Shown piece by piece: positions 58,112-64,000 of a stretch of 64,000 nt of DNA; the first letter of the stretch is position 1, and each line of letters opens with the position of its first letter. The translations under genes were made by a program, and so were the position numbers. The DNA lies in sequence record OQ722176.1. One strand, written 5' to 3'. Under the pieces are notes generated by a model. It did not search any database. It was not told the origin of the DNA and was given only the letters and a program-made list of their open reading frames with translations.

Positions 58112-58753
58112 ATGGAATTACAACTATTAATTGAAGACTGGGGCGTATCGAGTTTTGCTACTTCCGAAACGGGCGAAAAACCTCTTGTTGAAGCTAAAAT
58201 GCCTGCCGAAAAAGGCGGCGACTTGTATATTGAAGGGATTTTCATGCAATCGAATGTCGTGAACCGTAATGGTCGCAGATATCCGAAAAAAGTCATGGAA
58301 AATGCCGTATCTAAATACATTCAAGAGCAAGTCAAGACGAATCAAGCGTTAGGCGAGCTTAATCACCCTAGCCGTTCAAACGTCGATCCTGCTGAAGCTG
58401 CAATTCGAATTACTGAGTTGTGGTGGGATGGCGATAACGTAATGGGTAAAGCAATCGTACTAAATACTCCGAAGGGACAAATCGTTCGCGGTCTAATCGA
58501 AGGCGGTTGGGTACCGGGTGTGAGTTCACGAGGTCTTGGTTCAGTTAAACAAGTTGACGGAATCAACGAAGTACAAGACTTTCGTCTTACAGTTGGTGTA
58601 GATGTAGTTTGGGGTCCAAGTGCGCCTGCTGCATACGTTAAACCAGTAACTGAGTCAAATGAAGCTGCTAAACCAGTAAAAACAGAAGAAATTACCGAAA
58701 GTAATGACGCTGAGTTTGCGAAACTAGCGGAAACGTTAAAAACTCTCTTATAA
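58112..58753 (+). CDS. 21: Prohead protease gp21
   Basis: IEGIFMQ...NRNGR.YP; GELNHP; GVSSRGLGS. Confidence 0.95.
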   Translation: MELQLLIEDWGVSSFATSETGEKPLVEAKMPAEKGGDLYIEGIFMQSNVVNRNGRRYPKKVMENAVSKYIQEQVKTNQALGELNHPSRSNVDPAEAAIRITELWWDGDNVMGKAIVLNTPKGQIVRGLIEGGWVPGVSSRGLGSVKQVDGINEVQDFRLTVGVDVVWGPSAPAAYVKPVTESNEAAKPVKTEEITESNDAEFAKLAETLKTLL

Positions 58754-58756
58754 ATA
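58749..58756 (+). promoter_or_regulatory. Late promoter
   Basis: TATAAATA upstream of gene 22. Confidence 0.7.
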
Positions 58757-58785
58757 TATAAAACATATTTAAGGAATTGAAGAAG

Positions 58786-59628
58786 ATGCAAATCAAAGAG
58801 CAACTACTTGAAGCGGTATCGCAAGACGATACTAAAATCACTACTGCTTTGGATGGCATTTTTGAATCGGTTGAACTTTCCGAAGATGTTCGTAATAAGT
58901 TCAGCACTGTTTTCGAAAGTGTAATTAAAACTAAAGCCGTTGAGCTTGCGGAAGCACACATCGCTGAAGCTGCTGAAAAGGCTGAAGCAGTAATCAACGA
59001 ACACAAAGAAGAGCTAAATGAAGCTGCTGAAAAATACGGCGAACATCTAGCAGAACAAATGGCGAACAAACTTGATTCGTATCTTGACCACGTTGTTGAA
59101 GCTTGGATGGCTGAAAACAAACTAGCGGTTGAAAACGGTCTTAAAGTTTCTATGTTCGACGGCTTGATGGAAGGCATGAAAAATGTATTCATCGAGAACA
59201 ACGTTCACTGCCCAGACGAAAAGATCGACATGATCGAAGCTCTTGAAGAAAACATTCAAGATCTTGAAAGTCGTCTAGACGCAGTTGTTGTCGAAAACCG
59301 CCAACACAAAGAATACGCTAACTACGTAGAAAAAAATATCATCATCGAACGTGTAACTGCGGGCATGGCTGAATCTCAAAAAGAGAAAGTTTCAGACCTA
59401 GCAGAATCAATTCGATTCGATGAGCACTTTGAAGACAATCTAAATAGTGTTATCAAGTTCGCTGCTGGTATCAAACTTGCTGAAAAAGAAGATATGCCAG
59501 ACGACAAGAAGCCGGCTGATAAAAAAGACGGTGAAGAAGACGCTGAGAAGAAAGACGACAAAGAAATGAAAGAATCCGCAGTACCTTCAATGGCTGCATA
59601 TCTAAACGCTGCTCGTTCTACTCGATAA
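58786..59628 (+). CDS. 22: Prohead scaffold gp22
   Basis: Acidic coiled coil, FESV, W..ENKLAV; synteny. Confidence 0.9.
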   Translation: MQIKEQLLEAVSQDDTKITTALDGIFESVELSEDVRNKFSTVFESVIKTKAVELAEAHIAEAAEKAEAVINEHKEELNEAAEKYGEHLAEQMANKLDSYLDHVVEAWMAENKLAVENGLKVSMFDGLMEGMKNVFIENNVHCPDEKIDMIEALEENIQDLESRLDAVVVENRQHKEYANYVEKNIIIERVTAGMAESQKEKVSDLAESIRFDEHFEDNLNSVIKFAAGIKLAEKEDMPDDKKPADKKDGEEDAEKKDDKEMKESAVPSMAAYLNAARSTR

Positions 59629-59652
59629 GCAATAAAACGCAATTTCGCGTTA

Positions 59653-59660
59653 TATAAATA
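59653..59660 (+). promoter_or_regulatory. Late promoter
   Basis: TATAAATA upstream of gene 23. Confidence 0.75.
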
Positions 59661-59698
59661 CTTTTGTAAATTTTAGAATTAATTAAGGAATCATTCAA

Positions 59699-61246
59699 AT
59701 GAACCTAACTGAAAAATGGAAAGACTTGCTTGAAGCAGAAGGCGCAGACATGCCAGAGATTGCAACTGCAACTAAGCAAAAAATCATGTCGAAAATCTTT
59801 GAAAACCAAGATCGCGACATCAACAACGATCCAATGTATCGTGACCCACAGCTAGTTGAAGCATTCAACTCTGGTCTTAACGAAGCTGTAGTTAACGGTG
59901 ACCACGGTTACGATCCTGCGAATATCGCTCAAGGCGTTACTTCTGGTGCAGTAACTAACATCGGTCCTACCGTAATGGGTATGGTTCGTCGTGCTATTCC
60001 ACAGCTTATCGCATTCGATATTGCTGGTGTTCAGCCAATGACTGGCCCTACTAGCCAAGTGTTTACACTTCGCTCAATCTACGGTAAAGATCCGCTAACT
60101 GGCGTTGAAGCATTCCACCCAACTCGTCAAGCTGACACTTCATTCTCTGGTCAAGCTGCTGCAAGCACTATCGCAGACCTACCAGACACTGGCGCAGCAA
60201 CTGACGGTACTCCATACAAAGCTGTAGTAGCTTCTGTAGGTGGCGACGCTGACACTGTACGTTACTTCCTAGCACTTGGTGCTGTGACTGTAGCTGTAGC
60301 GGGTGCAATGACAGTTGATGAATACACTACTCTAGTGTCTGGCGGTCTGATTGTTGAAATCGACGCAGGTATGGCAACTTCACAAGCTGAACTACAAGAA
60401 TCATTCAATGGTTCAAGTAACAACGAGTGGAACGAAATGTCATTCCGCATCGACAAACAGGTTGTTGAAGCGAAATCTCGTCAATTGAAAGCTCAATACT
60501 CAATCGAGCTTGCACAAGACCTACGTGCTGTACACGGTCTAGACGCTGACGCTGAACTGAGCGGCATTCTTGCTAACGAAGTTATGGTTGAGCTTAACCG
60601 CGAAATCGTTAACCTAGTTAACTCTCAAGCTCAAATCGGTAAGTCTGGTTGGACTAAAGGCGCTGGTGCTGCTGGTGTGTTTGACTTCTCAGACGCAGTA
60701 GACGTGAAAGGTGCTCGTTGGGCGGGTGAAGCTTACAAAGCTCTATTGATCCAAATCGAAAAAGAAGCGAACGAAATCGGTCGTCAAACTGGTCGTGGTA
60801 ACGGTAACTTCATCATTGCATCACGCAACGTAGTTTCTGCTCTATCAATGACTGATACTCTTGTTGGCCCTGCTGCACAAGGTATGCAAAACGGCTCAAT
60901 GAACACTGACACAAATCAAACTGTGTTCGCGGGTGTTCTAGGTGGTCGCTTCAAAGTGTACATCGACCAATACGCAGTGAACGATTACTTCACAGTTGGT
61001 TTCAAAGGTAGCACTGAAATGGACGCAGGTGTGTTCTACTCACCATACGTACCGCTGACTCCACTACGTGGTTCAGACAGCCGCAACTTCCAACCAGTAA
61101 TCGGGTTCAAGACTCGTTACGGTGTGCAAGTTAACCCATTCGCAGATCCGAACGCAACTCACGCTAAAGTGGGTAACGGCGCTCCAGTTGCTGCTTCAAT
61201 GGGCAAAAACGCTTACTTCCGTCGCGTATTCGTTAAAGGTCTATAA
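59699..61246 (+). CDS. 23: Major capsid protein gp23
   Basis: MVRRAIPQLIAFDIAGVQPMTGPT; AKSRQLKAQYSIELAQDL. Confidence 0.97.
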   Translation: MNLTEKWKDLLEAEGADMPEIATATKQKIMSKIFENQDRDINNDPMYRDPQLVEAFNSGLNEAVVNGDHGYDPANIAQGVTSGAVTNIGPTVMGMVRRAIPQLIAFDIAGVQPMTGPTSQVFTLRSIYGKDPLTGVEAFHPTRQADTSFSGQAAASTIADLPDTGAATDGTPYKAVVASVGGDADTVRYFLALGAVTVAVAGAMTVDEYTTLVSGGLIVEIDAGMATSQAELQESFNGSSNNEWNEMSFRIDKQVVEAKSRQLKAQYSIELAQDLRAVHGLDADAELSGILANEVMVELNREIVNLVNSQAQIGKSGWTKGAGAAGVFDFSDAVDVKGARWAGEAYKALLIQIEKEANEIGRQTGRGNGNFIIASRNVVSALSMTDTLVGPAAQGMQNGSMNTDTNQTVFAGVLGGRFKVYIDQYAVNDYFTVGFKGSTEMDAGVFYSPYVPLTPLRGSDSRNFQPVIGFKTRYGVQVNPFADPNATHAKVGNGAPVAASMGKNAYFRRVFVKGL

Positions 61247-61265
61247 GACTAGCGAAACAGACAAC

Positions 61266-61292
61266 AAAAGGGACTCTTCGGAGTCCCTTTTT
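61266..61292. terminator. Bidirectional terminator after gene 23
   Basis: AAAAGGGACTC-TTCG-GAGTCCCTTTTT. Confidence 0.85.
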
Positions 61293-61296
61293 GCGT

Positions 61297-62385
61297 TTAT
61301 AGACTGTGCAAATAATCGTATGCGATAGCCACTCGCGCATCATGTAACGCAGCACCATATGCAGGTCCCGGTTCAACATCGACCTTAATATTTCGTGTCA
61401 GTAAGATCAGTTCTGTCATTACTTTACGCGATAACTCATCACTAACTTGTGTCAGTGCGACTCTGAACGGTAAACCTTGCTTATATGCACCTAGATACTC
61501 AAGCGTTGCAATGATTGATTCATCTAGAGCGTGTGATGTATTGAGAGATAGCAAAATCTCAGACGTTTTATCAAACTGCTTAGTCGCACCGAATTTGGCA
61601 GTGTAGCGATTACGATGATCAAACGCTGCCCATTTAGCCATTAACAGCACGTCTTTATCAACTTCAAACGGCAATGTTTTGAAGTGTTTCAAGCTCATCA
61701 ATTCACGAATACTAGGTACAGAACAGAATCCCACGCGACCTAAGAATGCAAAATACATGTAGGCGTCTTTTTCTGTCAGTGCTTTTTGAGTCTCTAACCA
61801 AACACGTTCTTTCGGTAGATTATCAAGCATACCATCAGCTACCATTTTCTTACAAAGCTCGAAAGTTTCTTCAGCGACTTTGAATCCCATACTGTAGTAA
61901 CGAGCAAAGAAACGTGCAACTCGTAGAACACGTAATGGGTCTTCAGCAAATGCTTCAGTCGTGTGTCGAATAATCTTGTTTCTCAAATCGTCTAGACCGC
62001 CGTACGGGTCGATGACATCTTCAGTCGAACCCCACATAAACAAGCTGTTTGGCGTCATGTCTGGGATTGCCATTGAGTTGATAGTCAGATCTCGACGAGA
62101 TAAATCATCTTCTAAAGTCACACCATCGGTTGTGAACGTAAAGTCAGTTGTTTTGCCGCCAGTACTTCTCTCAACACGTGCAAGTGCAACTTCATTGCCT
62201 TGTTTGTCTAACCACACGGGAAAATCTGCCCCGATGGGTTCACCGTACATCATTTTCATTTGTTCATGCGTGCAATTTGTCACGACGTAATCAATGTCGT
62301 TCGGGAACTGAGCCCATCCATCAACATGTTTCAGAATTGAGTCGCGAACTGCACCGCCAACGATATATTTCTTCATTTCGAACAT
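61297..62385 (-). CDS. cca: tRNA nucleotidyltransferase (CCA-adding enzyme)
   Basis: YIVGGAVRD, DIDYVV, DLSRRDLTINSMA, EDPLRVLRVARF; start moved to ATG 62385 after GGAGA. Confidence 0.9.
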   Translation of the reverse strand: MFEMKKYIVGGAVRDSILKHVDGWAQFPNDIDYVVTNCTHEQMKMMYGEPIGADFPVWLDKQGNEVALARVERSTGGKTTDFTFTTDGVTLEDDLSRRDLTINSMAIPDMTPNSLFMWGSTEDVIDPYGGLDDLRNKIIRHTTEAFAEDPLRVLRVARFFARYYSMGFKVAEETFELCKKMVADGMLDNLPKERVWLETQKALTEKDAYMYFAFLGRVGFCSVPSIRELMSLKHFKTLPFEVDKDVLLMAKWAAFDHRNRYTAKFGATKQFDKTSEILLSLNTSHALDESIIATLEYLGAYKQGLPFRVALTQVSDELSRKVMTELILLTRNIKVDVEPGPAYGAALHDARVAIAYDYLHSL

Positions 62386-62457
62386 TTTAAATCTCCTTTG
62401 TAGACCTACACAATACAAGACTAAATAATATAAGTCAACCAGATATATGGGAAGATT

Positions 62458-62799
62458 ATGGAATATACGAAATACGAAATAGAAAAGTATCGAAGTCGCC
62501 GTAGTCATGGTATCAATCTACCTGATTACAAAGGGGCGATTTACATCGACTTGCAAAGCAGCCCATGTGGTTCAGACAGCAATTATTTCGCTGTTCTTAA
62601 TAGCGAAGAGCAAGTTGCAGTCGAGATAGCTTTCGGAGGGTATTATAACGAATCTGAGCCAGACCGTGACCCGATACCAGAAGATACAGATTTTCATTTG
62701 ATTGGCTCTCAAGGACATTACGAAGTTCAAGGGAGAATGTTTAACAGCAACATGCGAGTTTGGCTGCGTGGTGTAGGTAGAATAACAGTAATTTACTAA
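62458..62799 (+). CDS. Hypothetical protein (113 aa)
   Basis: ORF track. Confidence 0.65.
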   Translation: MEYTKYEIEKYRSRRSHGINLPDYKGAIYIDLQSSPCGSDSNYFAVLNSEEQVAVEIAFGGYYNESEPDRDPIPEDTDFHLIGSQGHYEVQGRMFNSNMRVWLRGVGRITVIY

Positions 62800-62808
62800 G
62801 GAAATACT

Positions 62809-64000
62809 ATGTCAAGTATTAATATACCGGGCTTCGGGTTTACTGCTATCCCTGAAGCACCAAACGACGGTCAGCTTTACGCTCGTCGTGATGCTACATG
62901 GGAGCTTGTAGCTCTATCAGATGGGGTATTAGAAGCACCAGCCGATGGTACTGAGTACGTAAGAAAAGATTTACAATGGGTGCATCCAACATACCCGATG
63001 TATTCAGCCGTTGAGATTTCATTTACGGCAACAAACTCAAATATTCAGGCAACGGACGTTGCTGGCGCGATTGAGGAGCTTTATGAAAAATACCCTCAAA
63101 ATATGGTCTTCGTTCGAAGTTCTGCTGACTTGCCAACGCCGCAATTACTAAACGGTGTTCTGACTCACAAACTTGAGCCGTATGAATATGTGATTGACGG
63201 TGATGTTTCAATCACCGCAGCAATCGGATTCCCAGGTCCCGGTCAGAGTGCTACGATTCGTGCTGTGAATCGCTCGTTGTTGATATACACCGGAACAGCG
63301 GCAATGTTTCATGACTTGAGCGCACAGGGTTCAATCGAAATTGGTGGTCAAACTGAGTTTCAAGCACCTAATGGAGATATGTTCAATCTACTATCAGGCG
63401 CAGGCGGATTCTCGTTTCAGTCGTCTAAAGCTGACCGTTTTACAAACTGTGATAGACTAGGTGAAGTGTATTGTAATGGTCTATCTACGTTTGTATTGAA
63501 CAATGGTACATTTAGAAACTTCAATCAGGGACTGATTGTTCATGACCCAGGTTTCTTTGAAATCAACACGTTCTTTGCATTCGGTAACAACCAAGTCGGG
63601 TGTACATATTTCACAGTTGAGGGAACATCATCGTCTGGCTCAGTGAACATGGATACATTGACTGTTTCAGTCGGATCAAACGAAACAGTATTCAACTTCA
63701 ACCCGAATATTCAGAACACAATTGATACGATTAATGTCAGAGATTGTACACTGAGGGGTCCACTTAACGGTCAGATATTTGCACCGGGAAGTCTTACACC
63801 GAGAGACCGTAAATTCGAAGCAACTGGTAACACGCTTATCGGAAACACTGTTCATGGTGGCTTGATTTATCTAAGCGGTAACACGACACAAACACCAGTT
63901 GCGGCAATCAATACGCCGACTAAGGCACTTGGCACGTGGACAACTGCTGATATATCTCACTTCAATCACACAGTAAACGGTGCATTACAATCGGAAGTAA
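62809..64000 (+). CDS. Putative virion fibre/decoration protein with two N-terminal foldon-like motifs; runs off right edge
   Basis: Manual translation MSSINIPGFGFTAIPEAPNDGQLYARRDATW...LEAPADGTEYVRKDLQW; no stop seen in window. Confidence 0.7.
   Translation, partial: MSSINIPGFGFTAIPEAPNDGQLYARRDATWELVALSDGVLEAPADGTEYVRKDLQWVHPTYPMYSAVEISFTATNSNIQATDVAGAIEELYEKYPQNMVFVRSSADLPTPQLLNGVLTHKLEPYEYVIDGDVSITAAIGFPGPGQSATIRAVNRSLLIYTGTAAMFHDLSAQGSIEIGGQTEFQAPNGDMFNLLSGAGGFSFQSSKADRFTNCDRLGEVYCNGLSTFVLNNGTFRNFNQGLIVHDPGFFEINTFFAFGNNQVGCTYFTVEGTSSSGSVNMDTLTVSVGSNETVFNFNPNIQNTIDTINVRDCTLRGPLNGQIFAPGSLTPRDRKFEATGNTLIGNTVHGGLIYLSGNTTQTPVAAINTPTKALGTWTTADISHFNHTVNGALQSEV

Noticed and set aside
61297-62508. 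ORF-track 5' extensions (cca from 62508, vWA from 4517, gp16 from 50866, gp51 from 22122, gp11 from 41489)
   Set aside because: Downstream ATGs have clear SD sequences and match the family starts

Overview
64-kb segment of a large T4-like myophage, most probably a KVP40/nt-1-type Vibrio phage (inferred from gene order, the very large tRNA cluster and a CCA-adding enzyme after gp23). Left to right: a gp36-like tail fibre gene running off the left edge; a block of early genes including a YkuK-like RNase H-fold protein, a helical+vWA (DUF2828/TROVE-like) protein and a cyclic-phosphate-receiver-like protein; a ~10.6-kb minus-strand cluster of 28 recognisable tRNA genes interspersed with small ORFs, an HNH nuclease and many non-tRNA structured RNAs; then the T4-type morphogenesis module (57B/acb1, 57A, 1, 3, 29-like, 51, 26, 54, 2, 4, 48, 53, 27, 5, 5.1, 5.4, 25, 6-11, two gp12 paralogues, wac, 13-23), cca, and a foldon-bearing gene running off the right edge. 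Headline observation: a short helix followed by UNC(A/G/U)GCA(A/C), consensus UACAGCAA, occurs nine times on the minus strand. It is found in four tRNA-shaped RNAs with an insertion 5' of the anticodon arm, a circularly permuted tRNA-like RNA, a minimal hairpin RNA, two paralogous 210-250-nt RNAs, and the leader that sequesters the start codon of the vWA/TROVE-like gene. This suggests a phage Ro60/Y-RNA-like ribonucleoprotein system with autoregulation (inference). Also notable: a covarying tandem RNA pseudoknot right after an early promoter, and an ~88-bp non-coding element present twice 26 kb apart. All calls are by eye; no searches were run.
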